64,000 nucleotides of DNA from Acidimicrobiia bacterium (GTDB lineage: Bacteria > Actinomycetota > Acidimicrobiia > Spongiisociales > UBA5794): the NCBI GenBank assembly GCA_026985095.1, contig JALSQW010000018.1, positions 23,989 to 87,988 of the forward strand, in the 5' to 3' direction. Below are positions 1-10,534 of this stretch, piece by piece. The translations under genes and the position numbers were made by a program. The notes under the pieces were generated by a model, which was not told the origin of the DNA, searched no databases, and saw only the letters and a list, made by a program, of their open reading frames with translations. Each line of letters opens with the position of its first letter. The first letter of the stretch is position 1.

Positions 1-2357
1 GCATGGATCCTCGTGTGGCCACGGAGCTCCGGGGGCGCCGCTCCGTAGTCGACCTCGGCGTTGGCGAGGGCCCCGAACTGCGCCTCCCACCACGGCTCGG
101 CGACCCCTTCGGTGTCGACGAGCCGAACCGGGATGGGTGTCTTCGGGGAGATCTGATGGTCGGACCGGAACCTGCGGATCCCTCCGACGAGGTCCTTGAA
201 CACCTCGACCGATCGGGGTCCTCGAACCGCCGGAGGGACTGGCCACGACGCGGTGATCAGGAGGCTCCCGTCGCCGAGCTCGCTCCACAGCTCCTCGGTG
301 AGGTACGGGACCGCAGGGTGGAAGAACTTCAGGAGGTCGCGGAGGACGACGCCGAGGGTGCGCCGCGTGGTCGCCTCCCTGGCGGGATCACGCAGCGGCG
401 ACTTGGCCAGCTCGATGTACCAGTCGAACACCTCCGACCACGCGAAGTTGTAGAGAAGCCCGTAGGCGTCGGAGAACCGGTATCCGTCGAGGAGCCGATC
501 GAACTCCTCGGCCACGGCCGCCAAGCGTTCGAGGATCCACGCATCCTCCGGCCCGGGGTCCTGCGGATAGCCCCCATCGACGGGAACGCCGGTGATCCGC
601 TCGTGCTCGACGGCGAAGCGGACGGCGTTCCACAGCTTGTTCCCGAAGCGACGGGCGGCGTCGATCCATTGCTCGTTGAGGGGGATGTCGTGGCCCGGTG
701 CGGCCGATTGGATGAGGGCCAGGCGCACGGCGTCGGCGCCGTAGCTCTCCACGAGTTCGAGAGGGTCGAGGGCGTTGCCGGTCGACTTGGACATCTTGCG
801 ACCTTCGGCGTCTCTGACCAGACCGTGGATGACGACGTCGGGGAAGGGCGCCTCCCCGGTGAAGTGCAGACCCATCTTGATCATCCGGGCCACCCAGAAG
901 TAGATGATGTCGAAGCCGGTGACCATGACGCTCGTGGGGTAGTACCGCTCGTAGTCCGGGGTCTCGTCGGGCCAACCCATGGTCGAGAACGGCCACAGCG
1001 CCGACGAGAACCATGTGTCGAGAACGTCCTCGTCGCGGCGCAGCCCGGTACCGCCGCACGTCGGACAAACATCGGGATCGTCCATGGCGACGATCGTCTC
1101 GCCGCAATCCTCGCAGTACCACGCCGGGATCTGATGACCCCACCAGAGTTGGCGGGAGATGCACCAGTCCCGAAGGTTCTCCATCCAATGGAAGTAGTTC
1201 TTCTCCCAGCGTTTGGGCACGAAGCGGATGGTTCCGTCGGCCACCGCCGCGATGGCGGGCTCCACGAGGGGCCGGACCTTGACGAACCATTGCAGCGACA
1301 GCATCGGCTCGACGACGGTCCCGCATCTCGAGCAGTGACCGACCGAGTGGTGATGCTCTTCCACGCGCTCGAGGAAGCCTCGTTTGGACAGATCGTGACG
1401 GATGGCCTCGCGGGCTTCCATCCGGTCCATGCCGACGTAGTCGCCGCCTTCGGCGGTGATGGTGCCCTCGGTGTCGATCACCTGGATCGGGGGCAGGTCG
1501 TGACGGCGGGCGATCTCGAAGTCGAGGGGATCGTGGGCGGGGGTCACCTTGACCGCCCCGGTCCCGAAGGTCGGATCGACGTCGGCGTCGGCGACGACGG
1601 GGATCTCCCGTTCCATCAACGGCAACGTGACGGTCTTGCCGATGGCGTCGGCGTAGCGTTCGTCGTCGGGATGGACCGCCACCGCCGTGTCTCCGAGCAT
1701 CGTCTCGGGACGGGTCGTGGCGACGACGACCGCGCCGGAACCATCGGTGAACGGATAGCGGATGTAGCTCAGTTCCCCGATCTCGTCCTCGTGTTCGACC
1801 TCGATGTCCGACAGCGCCGTGTGGCACCGCGGACACCAGTTGATGATCCGGTCGTCGCGGTAGATGAGTCCCTCTTCGTAGAGGGTCACGAAGACCGTGC
1901 GGACGGCCTTGGACAGCCCCTCGTCGAGGGTGAAACGTTCCCTGCTCCAGTCGGTGGAGAAGCCGAGAACGCGCATCTGCTCCGCGATGCGGTTGCCCGA
2001 TCGTGCCTTCCATGCCCAGACCTGTTCGACGAACCGCTCCCGACCCAGGTCGTGGCGGTTGGTGCCTTCCTTGGCGAGTTCCCGCTCGACGACGTTCTGG
2101 GTGGCGATCCCGGCATGGTCCATACCCGGAAGCCACAGCGCGGCGTAGCCCTGCATCCGTCGTCGGCGGACGATGACGTCCTGGATCGACATGTCGAGGG
2201 CGTGGCCCATGTGGAGGACCCCGGTGACGTTGGGCGGGGGGATGACGATGGAGAAGGGCTCGCCGTCGGGGTTGATCTCAGGTCGGAACGTGCCGGCCTC
2301 TTCCCACACGGGGTACCAGCGAGGTTCGATGTCGGCGGGTTCGTAGGTGGGTTGCAT
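1..2357 (-). CDS. valS: valyl-tRNA synthetase, partial; C-terminus lies beyond the window start
   Basis: Minus-strand frame not in the ORF track because there is no stop in the window. The N-terminus MQPTYEPADIEPRWYPVWEEAGTFRPE reads from ATG at 2357. An internal motif ...GLLYNFAWSEVFDW (about 420-515) is typical of class I ValRS. The 3..2432 + ORF is the antisense artefact. Confidence 0.9.
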   Translation of the reverse strand, partial: MQPTYEPADIEPRWYPVWEEAGTFRPEINPDGEPFSIVIPPPNVTGVLHMGHALDMSIQDVIVRRRRMQGYAALWLPGMDHAGIATQNVVERELAKEGTNRHDLGRERFVEQVWAWKARSGNRIAEQMRVLGFSTDWSRERFTLDEGLSKAVRTVFVTLYEEGLIYRDDRIINWCPRCHTALSDIEVEHEDEIGELSYIRYPFTDGSGAVVVATTRPETMLGDTAVAVHPDDERYADAIGKTVTLPLMEREIPVVADADVDPTFGTGAVKVTPAHDPLDFEIARRHDLPPIQVIDTEGTITAEGGDYVGMDRMEAREAIRHDLSKRGFLERVEEHHHSVGHCSRCGTVVEPMLSLQWFVKVRPLVEPAIAAVADGTIRFVPKRWEKNYFHWMENLRDWCISRQLWWGHQIPAWYCEDCGETIVAMDDPDVCPTCGGTGLRRDEDVLDTWFSSALWPFSTMGWPDETPDYERYYPTSVMVTGFDIIYFWVARMIKMGLHFTGEAPFPDVVIHGLVRDAEGRKMSKSTGNALDPLELVESYGADAVRLALIQSAAPGHDIPLNEQWIDAARRFGNKLWNAVRFAVEHERITGVPVDGGYPQDPGPEDAWILERLAAVAEEFDRLLDGYRFSDAYGLLYNFAWSEVFDWYIELAKSPLRDPAREATTRRTLGVVLRDLLKFFHPAVPYLTEELWSELGDGSLLITASWPVPPAVRGPRSVEVFKDLVGGIRRFRSDHQISPKTPIPVRLVDTEGVAEPWWEAQFGALANAEVDYGAAPPELRGHTRIH

Positions 2358-2653
2358 CTCACGTCCGGGAGCGGCTGCGGACCCTCGACGGGTCGGGTGC
2401 GGAAGTGTACCCGCGCGGAGGCCCGGGGTTGACCCCGGGCCTCGCGAGCCTTCCCCCTACCGTGCGACGGAGCAGGGACGCCGGGAGTTCCCCCACGAAC
2501 TCCCGGCTCCCCCACATTCCCCCTGCTTGCCCGAACCGTTCCCTGTCGCACCCATCGCTGGGTGTCCCCCCACAAGGCCCTGGTCCTTCCGCACAGGCAC
2601 GGTCACCATATGCCCACGCTGTGTGGTTGCCTAGACACAAAGCGTGCTGAACA

Positions 2654-2669
2654 GGGTGACTAGTCACCC
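2654..2669. promoter_or_regulatory. perfect 16-bp palindrome GGGTGACTAGTCACCC in the divergent valS/amidohydrolase intergenic region; candidate operator
   Basis: Read directly. It is its own reverse complement and lies about 70 bp upstream of the amidohydrolase ATG at 2738. Confidence 0.4.
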
Positions 2670-2737
2670 CCCGTTCGTCCCCGCCCGAGCACCGGCGACT
2701 AGGTTCAGGGTCCGCCGACACGTACGAAGGGAACCCC

Positions 2738-3955
2738 ATGATCCGCATCGAGGCCGAACTCCTCATCCCCGGACGCGGCGAGCCCGTGACCCCGGGCACC
2801 GTGATCCTGGACGGCTCCCGGATCGTCTACGCCGGGCCTCGCAACGGCGCGCCGTCGACCCCAGGCGCCGACGTCGCGGAGGTCGCGACCGTGCTCCCCG
2901 GCCTGTGGGAATGCCACGGCCACTTCATCGGGGCCACGACCCCGGACCTCGAACGGATCGTGACGACCCCACCCGCCACGCTCGTGGCCACCGCCACCGC
3001 AGACGTGGCCGCGACGCTCACCGGCGGCGTCACCTCCGTCCGCGAGGTCGGCGGCTTCGGCATCGACATGCACCCGGCGATCGCGACCGGCACGATCCCG
3101 GGCCCCACGATCCACGGCGCCGGGGCGCTCCTGTCCACCACCGGCGGCCACGGCGACATCCACGGACTCCCCCTCGACTTCGTCCTCAGCCTCGGAGAGC
3201 GCGGGATGCGCTTCACCGAGTTGTGTGACGGCGTCCCCGAGTGTCTCCGCGCCGTCCGCCGCCAGCTCCGCCGCAACGCCAAGGTCATCAAGATCTGCGC
3301 CTCTGGCGGCGTCATGTCCGAGGTCGACCACCCGATCCACCAGCAGTTCTCGGGTGACGAGCTGCGCGCGATCGTCGCCGAAGCCCGCCGCGCCGAACGG
3401 GTCGTCGCCGCCCACTGTCACGGCAAGCCGGGGATCATGGCCGCCCTCGAAGCGGGAGTGACCACGATCGAGCACGGCTCGTACCTCGACGAGGAAGCCG
3501 CCGACCTGATGCTGGCGACCGGGGCGATCCTCGTCCCGACCCGCCTGGTCGTCGCCCAACTCCTCACGATGGAGGACACGCTTCCCCGCTACGCGTACGA
3601 GAAGGGAGTCATGATCGCCGACCGCCACGAGCAGGCGCTGAAACTGGCGATCGCCAAGGGCATCCCCATCGCCATGGGGACCGACATCTTCGTCAGCGGA
3701 CCCCTCTACGGCACCAACTCCCTCGAGATCCGCCTCCTCCAGGATGCCGGCATGACCGCGCTGGAGGCCATCGAGGCGGCCACCGCCAACGGGCCCGCGA
3801 CGCTCGGCCCCCAGGCTCCGCGTTCGGGCATCCTGGGCGAGGGCTACGACGCCGATGTCATCGCCGTCGATTTCGACCCCCTGTCGGACGCATCACCCTG
3901 GGGCGACCCCGATCGCGTGACCCACGTGTGGAAAGCCGGCGCCCGCGCCAAGTGA
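2738..3955 (+). CDS. amidohydrolase family metal-dependent hydrolase
   Basis: 405 aa with an HxH motif (WECHGHF), beta-strand/Gly-rich TIM-barrel hydrolase pattern and a C-terminal D. Codon usage is GC3-rich. Confidence 0.8.
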   Translation: MIRIEAELLIPGRGEPVTPGTVILDGSRIVYAGPRNGAPSTPGADVAEVATVLPGLWECHGHFIGATTPDLERIVTTPPATLVATATADVAATLTGGVTSVREVGGFGIDMHPAIATGTIPGPTIHGAGALLSTTGGHGDIHGLPLDFVLSLGERGMRFTELCDGVPECLRAVRRQLRRNAKVIKICASGGVMSEVDHPIHQQFSGDELRAIVAEARRAERVVAAHCHGKPGIMAALEAGVTTIEHGSYLDEEAADLMLATGAILVPTRLVVAQLLTMEDTLPRYAYEKGVMIADRHEQALKLAIAKGIPIAMGTDIFVSGPLYGTNSLEIRLLQDAGMTALEAIEAATANGPATLGPQAPRSGILGEGYDADVIAVDFDPLSDASPWGDPDRVTHVWKAGARAK

Positions 3956-3956
3956 C

Positions 3957-4086
3957 CGCCGAACCCAGGGTTCACCACACCCCTGAAGGGGGCTCCCCAA
4001 CCCAGGGTTCACCACACCCCTGAAGGGGGTTCCCGAACCCAGGGTTCACCACACCCCTCCAGGGGGCTCCCCAACCCAGGGTTGGC
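3957..4086. repeat. tandem array of about 3.3 copies of a 37-bp unit (AACCCAGGGTTCaccacaCCCCTgaAGGGGgctcc), locus A of a dispersed family
   Basis: AACCCAGGGTT starts at 3962, 3999, 4036 and 4073, an exact period of 37. Each unit contains two palindromic arm pairs, AACCC/GGGTT and CCCCT/AGGGG. The array lies between the convergent 3' ends of the amidohydrolase and the P-loop gene. Confidence 0.85.
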
Positions 4087-4114
4087 GACGCACGCAGCGC
4101 AACGCCGACCGACG

Positions 4115-4780
4115 CTAGAGCTCTCCGAATGCGAGCTGCGGCGGGTCCGGGGTGGGGGTCCGTCTCGGGCGCGCGATCCGACGTCGCGGCACCCCGTCGG
4201 CGAACAGCGGCTCACCGATCGACGCGGCCAGACGATCCGCGATCGGCCACCAGTCGAAACGATCGTCGATCGCGCTGGCGGCGATACGCACGAGCCGGGA
4301 CGCCTCGACGAGGCCCGGCAACCGGTCGTCCAGGAGGTCCTCGATCTCACGGCGGAAGGCGTCCGACGTGCTCCGCACACCGTCGGACCGCAGGTCCACG
4401 TCGGGCATCAGGCGCACGACCAGGTCGTAGGTTCCCGACCAGCGGACAACCAGAGGACCGACGTCGAACGGATCCTCTCCGCCGCAGGCCCGCAGGTAGT
4501 AGGCGAAGTTGTCCATGACGCCGCGGTCGAGGACGAGGACCTCGGCTTTGGGCGCCAGCTCCAGCTCCTGACGGATCTGGGAGACGAGCACCCACAGCTG
4601 CGCCTCGCCGGTGGCGCCTTCGTTGATCCCCAATGGGTTGTCCCGCACGACCTCACGACCGTACTCGACCGACCGCCCGGCCCGTTGCATGGCGTTCGCG
4701 AACCCATGGGCGGCGGTCGTCTTACGGATCCCGTGCGAGCCGACGAACGCCACCTTGGCGTTCCGCTGCCACCGCGCCAC
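4115..4780 (-). CDS. P-loop NTPase (AAA-domain / NadR-C-terminal-like ATPase), function unknown
   Basis: 221 aa from a GTG start 6 nt after the clpX stop. Walker-A-like VAFVGSHGIRKTT, with Arg at the second conserved Gly position, and a downstream hydrophobic stretch ending in D (VLVLDRG). Codon usage is GC3-rich. Confidence 0.6.
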   Translation of the reverse strand: MARWQRNAKVAFVGSHGIRKTTAAHGFANAMQRAGRSVEYGREVVRDNPLGINEGATGEAQLWVLVSQIRQELELAPKAEVLVLDRGVMDNFAYYLRACGGEDPFDVGPLVVRWSGTYDLVVRLMPDVDLRSDGVRSTSDAFRREIEDLLDDRLPGLVEASRLVRIAASAIDDRFDWWPIADRLAASIGEPLFADGVPRRRIARPRRTPTPDPPQLAFGEL

Positions 4781-4786
4781 GTCGGA

Positions 4787-6061
<1,275 letters not shown>

Positions 6062-6071
6062 CTGGCTCTCC

Positions 6072-6680
6072 CTACCCCGCGACGGCTTCGAGTGTACGGC
6101 CTGTCAGGACCTCGTCGATGATGCCATATTCCTTGCCTTCTTCGGCGCCCATCCAGAAGTCACGCTCGGTGTCCTGCCGGACCTTCTCGATCGGCTGGCC
6201 GGTGTGCTCGGCCAGGATCTGGTTGAGGTCCTCCCTCGTCTTGAGGATCTCCTTGGCGTGGATCTCGATATCGGACGCCTGACCCCCGAGGCCCGAGATG
6301 TGGGGCTGATGCACCATGATCCGGGAATGGGGAAGGGCGAACCGCTTGCCGGCGGCGCCTGCGGACAGGAGCACGGCCGCGGCCGACGCGGCGAGCCCCA
6401 TGCAGTAGGTGGCGACGTCGGGTTTGACGAACTGCATCGTGTCGTAGATGGCCATCAACGACGTCGTCGACCCGCCCGGCGAGTTGATGTACAGGTTGAT
6501 GTCCTTCTCGGGGTCCTCGCCCTCGAGATGGAGGAGCTGGGCCATGATGATGTTGGCGACGCCGTCGTCGATCGGCGTGCCGAGGAACACGATGCGGTCC
6601 TTCAGGAGCCTGCTGTAGATGTCGAACGCCCGCTCGCCACGGGGCGTCTGTTCGATGACCGTTGGAACCAGGTATGTCAT
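6072..6680 (-). CDS. clpP: ATP-dependent Clp protease proteolytic subunit ClpP
   Basis: ClpP core (IVFLG...NSPGGS...MAIYDTM...MVHQP). Start chosen at MTYLVPTV with a GGAGG RBS. The 40-aa N-terminal extension in the ORF track is probably spurious. Confidence 0.93.
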   Translation of the reverse strand: MTYLVPTVIEQTPRGERAFDIYSRLLKDRIVFLGTPIDDGVANIIMAQLLHLEGEDPEKDINLYINSPGGSTTSLMAIYDTMQFVKPDVATYCMGLAASAAAVLLSAGAAGKRFALPHSRIMVHQPHISGLGGQASDIEIHAKEILKTREDLNQILAEHTGQPIEKVRQDTERDFWMGAEEGKEYGIIDEVLTGRTLEAVAG

Positions 6681-6681
6681 T

Positions 6682-8133
6682 TCACTCCTCGGTGGCCTCG
6701 TTGGACCCGTCGGCGTCCGGGGCATCCTCCACCCCGTCGACCGTTGCGTCGGTTTCGAGATCGGTTGTTCGTTGGGCTTGCTCGTCTTGGCCGTCATCCT
6801 CGGTGTCCTCGACCACGGGGGTCAGGTCCACCGGGTTCCCTTCCGCGTCGACGGGCGTCGCCGCCTCGACGAGTCGGTCGAGAGCCTTCCTGCGGAGGAT
6901 ATCACCGGTCAGTGCCTCTACTTGACCACCTTGTCGGATCGCCTCTTCCAATTCGTCGGCAGGTGCACCCGAAGATGCAGCGAGGAGTTTCACGGTCTCG
7001 GAGATGTCCTCGTCGGTCACCTCGATGCCTTCGACCGTCGCCACGCCCTCCAACAGCACCCGCGACGACAAGGCGGCCGCGGCTTGGGAACGAACGTCGG
7101 CCAGGAACGATTCCTGGTCCTGGTTCATCAGGTTCAGGTAGAGACCGAACGGGATCTGTTCCTGCTCGAGCCGCTGGAGCAGGTTCCGGACCCGCGCCTC
7201 GACCTCGGCCTCGACCAGCGCCTCGGGGAGCTCGATGTCGGTCTCGTCGACGAGGGACTCGACGACCTTGTCCGAGAACACCGCCCGGGCCTCGGCGACC
7301 TTGCGTGCCAGGAGCGCTCTGCGGATGGTGTCCTCGAGCTCGGAGATCGTGTCGAACTCGGTGGTGTCGGCGACGAACTCGTCGGTGAGCTCAGGCAGCT
7401 TCTTGGCCCGAACCTCCTTGACGAGGACCCGCAGCGTCACCTCCGGGTCTCGACCCTCCTCCCGGAAGCCCTCTGGGAGTTCCCCCGGCCCCTCCTTGAC
7501 GTCGCCGGCGGAGGCGCCGACGAGCAGCTCGTCGAGCCCGGGCAGGAACGATCGAGAACCGATCTCGTAGAGTAGGTCGTTGGCTTGCCCCTGCGCCAGC
7601 TCCTGACCACCCTGGAGGGTCGAGACGTTGACGAGCACGAAGTCGCCCTCGAAGGCGGGCCGATCCACCGTCTCGAGCTCCGCGAACTGGTTCCGAAGGG
7701 CGTCGATCTGCTCGGCGATCTCCTCGTCGGTCACCGTCGGGGGTTCGATCTCGACCTCACGGCCGACGAACTCGGGGACCGCATCGAGCGTGGGCCACAG
7801 GGTGATGAGCACGTCGACGTCGACGCCGCCCCCTTCTGCGTCACGCACCTCGGTCACCTTGGGGACGGTGACCGGCTCGAGGGCGGTCTCTTCGATGGCG
7901 GCGCCGATGAGCTCGGGGATGGCCTCCTCGATCGCCTCACTCCGGAGCGTCTCGGAGCCCACCATCCTCTCGACGATGGCCCGAGGGGCCTTGCCGGGTC
8001 GGAAGCCCTTGATCTTCATGCTCTTCGACAGCTTCCGCGCGGCCGCGTCCTTGGCCCGCTCGAGCTCGTCCTCGGGGACATGGACGGTCAGCGTCCGTTC
8101 GTACCGGCCGGTTTCCTTCACCTCGGTCTGCAC
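6682..8133 (-). CDS. tig: trigger factor
   Basis: Trigger-factor N-terminus (VQTEVKETG...[23 protein letters not shown]) with an acidic C-terminal tail. GTG start at 8133 has an AAGGAG RBS. The ORF-track extension to 8235 overlaps tRNA-His. Forms the tig-clpP-clpX order. Confidence 0.92.
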   Translation of the reverse strand: MQTEVKETGRYERTLTVHVPEDELERAKDAAARKLSKSMKIKGFRPGKAPRAIVERMVGSETLRSEAIEEAIPELIGAAIEETALEPVTVPKVTEVRDAEGGGVDVDVLITLWPTLDAVPEFVGREVEIEPPTVTDEEIAEQIDALRNQFAELETVDRPAFEGDFVLVNVSTLQGGQELAQGQANDLLYEIGSRSFLPGLDELLVGASAGDVKEGPGELPEGFREEGRDPEVTLRVLVKEVRAKKLPELTDEFVADTTEFDTISELEDTIRRALLARKVAEARAVFSDKVVESLVDETDIELPEALVEAEVEARVRNLLQRLEQEQIPFGLYLNLMNQDQESFLADVRSQAAAALSSRVLLEGVATVEGIEVTDEDISETVKLLAASSGAPADELEEAIRQGGQVEALTGDILRRKALDRLVEAATPVDAEGNPVDLTPVVEDTEDDGQDEQAQRTTDLETDATVDGVEDAPDADGSNEATEE

Positions 8134-8190
8134 CGTGTTCGACTCCTTCGTATGACGCACCCCTCCTCGCCACGAGGGTCGGAGGGGTGT

Positions 8191-8268
8191 TGGGGTGGCC
8201 GACGGGAATCGAACCCGCGACCTCCGGGACCACAACCCGGCGCTCTAACCGACTGAGCTACGGCCACC
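8191..8268 (-). tRNA. tRNA-His (anticodon GTG), with encoded G-1
   Basis: Cloverleaf read by hand: GGTGGCCGTAGCTCAGTCGGTTAGAGCGCCGGGTTGTGGTCCCGGAGGTCGCGGGTTCGATTCCCGTCGGCCACCCCA. Confidence 0.85.
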
Positions 8269-8301
8269 ATGAACGGACGGAGGCTCCGCCTCCGTCCCGA
8301 G

Positions 8302-8374
8302 CGCCCCCGGAAGGATTCGAACCCTCGACCAAGAGCTTAGAAGGCTCCTGCTCTGTCCACTGAGCTACGGGGGC
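8302..8374 (-). tRNA. tRNA-Arg (anticodon TCT)
   Basis: GCCCCCGTAGCTCAGTGGACAGAGCAGGAGCCTTCTAAGCTCTTGGTCGAGGGTTCGAATCCTTCCGGGGGCG, with anticodon loop CTTCTAA. Confidence 0.85.
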
Positions 8375-8400
8375 ACGACGGCGGACGGACACGTCCGTCG

Positions 8401-8471
8401 AGCGGATGACGGGAATCGAACCCGCATGACCAGCTTGGAAGGCTGGGGCTCTACCATTGAGCTACATCCGC
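8401..8471 (-). tRNA. tRNA-Gly (anticodon TCC)
   Basis: GCGGATGTAGCTCAATGGTAGAGCCCCAGCCTTCCAAGCTGGTCATGCGGGTTCGATTCCCGTCATCCGCT. Confidence 0.85.
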
Positions 8472-8518
8472 CTGCGGGCCGGAGGATACCCCTGGCCGGC
8501 CCCGTTCGTCGGGCTGGC

Positions 8519-8592
8519 CGGATTCGAACCGGCGACCCCCTGCTCCCAAAGCAGGTGCGCTGCCAAACTGCGCTACAGCCCGTCGCCTCCAT
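8519..8592 (-). tRNA. tRNA-Pro (anticodon TGG)
   Basis: CGGGCTGTAGCGCAGTTTGGCAGCGCACCTGCTTTGGGAGCAGGGGGTCGCCGGTTCGAATCCGGCCAGCCCGA. Confidence 0.85.
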
Positions 8593-8672
8593 TGTCGCAG
8601 CCCGGCAGAGGTTGTCACACCCATGGCCGATCGGCTCGGGATAGGGGATCCAAGACTGGTAACCTCCCTGCC

Positions 8673-8745
8673 GGGTCGCTAGCTCAATCGGCAGAGCAGG
8701 GGCCTCTTAAGCCCAAGGTTCAGGGTTCGATTCCCTGGCGACCCA
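8673..8745 (+). tRNA. tRNA-Lys (anticodon CTT)
   Basis: GGGTCGCTAGCTCAATCGGCAGAGCAGGGGCCTCTTAAGCCCAAGGTTCAGGGTTCGATTCCCTGGCGACCCA, with anticodon loop CTCTTAA. Confidence 0.82.
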
Positions 8746-8812
8746 CCGATGAGGCCCTCGGGATCACCCGAGGGCCTCGCTCGTGCCGACACGTGCCAGA
8801 ATCTCGGTGCAC

Positions 8813-8895
8813 GCGGGCGTGGCGGAACGGGAGACGCGCCGGGTTTAGGTCCCGGTGGCCGCAAGGCCGTGGGGGTTCGAATCCCTCCGCCCGCA
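8813..8895 (+). tRNA. tRNA-Leu (anticodon TAG), class II with long variable arm
   Basis: GCGGGCGTGGCGGAACGGGAGACGCGCCGGGTTTAGGTCCCGGTGGCCGCAAGGCCGTGGGGGTTCGAATCCCTCCGCCCGCA. Resembles bacterial tRNA-Leu in overall architecture. Confidence 0.8.
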
Positions 8896-8977
8896 CCTCC
8901 GGGTCGTCCGCCTCGGGCCCTTTCGCGGAACCCGAACCGGCCGACAGGCTCGGGCGATGGAACGGACCGGAGCCCAC

Positions 8978-9196
8978 ATGCCGATGACCCCGCGTTTGCA
9001 GCAGGCCCTCGAACGGATCGAGGCGCGCCGCGTGGCGTTGGAACGTGAGATCGTGGCCGAGATCGAGGCTCGGTTCTTCGTCCTCCCCGAGCCGGAGATC
9101 GAGGACGTCACCGTCCACCTGGGTGCGCCCGACCCGACCATCGACGAGTCGTCGACCTACGGCACCTCGCCGTTCGAAACGGTCTGGTACGCCTGA
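8978..9196 (+). CDS. hypothetical small protein (72 aa)
   Basis: ATG at 8978 is in frame with the ORF-track 8855..9196 entry, whose upstream part overlaps tRNA-Leu. Codon third positions are GC-rich. No recognisable motif. Followed by a terminator hairpin. Confidence 0.45.
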   Translation: MPMTPRLQQALERIEARRVALEREIVAEIEARFFVLPEPEIEDVTVHLGAPDPTIDESSTYGTSPFETVWYA

Positions 9197-9217
9197 CGTC
9201 GACAGCCGTGCGCTCCG

Positions 9218-9245
9218 GATCCCCGACCCCTCAGGGTCGGGGATC
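9218..9245. terminator. perfect 12-bp stem / 4-nt loop hairpin (GATCCCCGACCC ctca GGGTCGGGGATC) between convergent genes
   Basis: Read directly. Lies 22 nt after the stop of the small plus-strand gene. Its right arm encodes the last four codons (DPRP*) of rdgB. Confidence 0.6.
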
Positions 9246-9833
9246 TCGGCCGTCTCCCTTCAGGAGGCGAGCCATCGCCTCGAGTGCCCGGGCCCGATGG
9301 CTGATCCGGTTCTTCTCCTCCGGCGGCATCTCCGCCAGCGTGCGCCCGTCGACGATGAACACCGGGTCGTAGCCGAAGCCCTCGGATCCCCGGGGCCGAC
9401 GGGCGATGCTCCCCTCCAGGACCCCTTCGGCGATCCGGATCGCTCCCTGCGGCTCGGCGAGCGCCACCACGGTCCTGAAACGCGCCCGACGATCGGCGAC
9501 GTCTGCGAGTTCGGCCAGGAGCTCGGCGACGTTCTCCTCGTAGGTGGCGTCGGGACCCGCGTACCGAGCCGTGCGGACGCCGGGGCGACCATCGAGCGCG
9601 GCGACCTCCAGACCCGTGTCGTCGGCGAGGGCCGCGATGCCCGTGGCGTTCGCCGCGGCGCGGGCCTTGAGGATGGCGTTGCCCTCCAGGGTCAGCTCGG
9701 TCTCGTCCACGTCGGGCCAGGTAGCGTCGCGGACGATCTCGGCCTCGACGCCGAGGCGGCGGAGGACCGCTTCGACCTCGCGGACCTTGTCCGGGTTCTT
9801 CGTCGCCACCACGAGGCGGGAGGGGATGATCAC
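9231..9833 (-). CDS. rdgB: non-canonical purine NTP pyrophosphatase (dITP/XTP pyrophosphatase, RdgB/HAM1 family)
   Basis: HAM1 motifs (VVATKNPDK...EDDTGLEV...GFGYDPVF). Its start overlaps the rph stop. Confidence 0.92.
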   Translation of the reverse strand: MIIPSRLVVATKNPDKVREVEAVLRRLGVEAEIVRDATWPDVDETELTLEGNAILKARAAANATGIAALADDTGLEVAALDGRPGVRTARYAGPDATYEENVAELLAELADVADRRARFRTVVALAEPQGAIRIAEGVLEGSIARRPRGSEGFGYDPVFIVDGRTLAEMPPEEKNRISHRARALEAMARLLKGDGRDPRP

Positions 9834-10534
9834 TCGCCGAGGGCCTCTCGCTGTTTGACGACGAGCTCGGCGATCCCCTTCGCTCCGAGTTCGATCAGGG
9901 CATCGAGCTGGTCGCGCGTGAAGGGTTCCCCCTCGGCGGTGCCCTGGACCTCGACGAACCGACCCGTTCCGGTCATGACGAGGTTCGCATCGACGTCGGC
10001 AGCCACGTCCTCGACGTACTCGAGATCGAGGAGCTCGGCGCCCTCGACGATCCCCACCGACACCGCGGCAACGTGATCCACGATCGGGCTTCGCTCCAGT
10101 TTCCCTTCCGCGATGCGAGCTGCGAAGGCGTCGGCGAGCGCCACCCAGGCGCCCGTGATCGCCGCAGTGCGGGTGCCGCCGTCGGCCTGGAGCACGTCAC
10201 AGTCGACTCGGGCCGTACACGGACCCATGGCGGCGAGGTCGACCGCTGCACGGAGCGCCCGGCCGATAAGCCGCTGGATCTCCTTGGTCCGTCCGCCCGA
10301 GATGGAACTCCGACGGACCCGCTCGGGGGACGATCCCGGCAGCATCGAGTACTCGGCGGTGATCCACCCCTCCTGGGTCTCGCGCATCCAGGGCGGGACG
10401 TCCTCGTCGAACGACACGGTGCACAGCACCCGGGTCCGACCCATCTTGATGAGCACCGATCCCGGCGTCATCTCGGTGTAGCCCCGCTCGATCTCGACGG
10501 GCCGCAGCTCGTCGGCGTTCCTGTCCGTCCTCAT
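9830..10534 (-). CDS. rph: ribonuclease PH
   Basis: RNase PH signature ([13 protein letters not shown]...TRVLCTVS...[18 protein letters not shown]). Confidence 0.95.
   Translation of the reverse strand: MRTDRNADELRPVEIERGYTEMTPGSVLIKMGRTRVLCTVSFDEDVPPWMRETQEGWITAEYSMLPGSSPERVRRSSISGGRTKEIQRLIGRALRAAVDLAAMGPCTARVDCDVLQADGGTRTAAITGAWVALADAFAARIAEGKLERSPIVDHVAAVSVGIVEGAELLDLEYVEDVAADVDANLVMTGTGRFVEVQGTAEGEPFTRDQLDALIELGAKGIAELVVKQREALGE

Noticed and set aside
3-2432. 809-aa plus-strand ORF
   Set aside because: It is antisense to valS. The translation is low-complexity Arg/Gly/Asp-rich nonsense typical of a high-GC reverse frame. The real gene is the minus-strand ValRS, absent from the track only because it has no stop in the window.
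3957-4086. Possible CRISPR array (direct repeats of about 37 bp)
   Set aside because: Units are directly adjacent with no unique spacers. Arrays hold only 3-4 copies. There are no cas genes or leader.
6072-6797. ClpP with 40-aa Pro/Thr-rich N-terminal extension (track start 6797)
   Set aside because: The extension overlaps the 3' end of tig. The canonical ClpP N-terminus (MTYLVPTV) with a GGAGG RBS begins at 6680.
8191-8895. tRNA cluster and ssrA as anchors of an integrated genomic island
   Set aside because: There is no integrase, transposase, phage gene, direct-repeat duplication of a tRNA 3' end, or GC-content shift. The flanking genes are conserved housekeeping genes.
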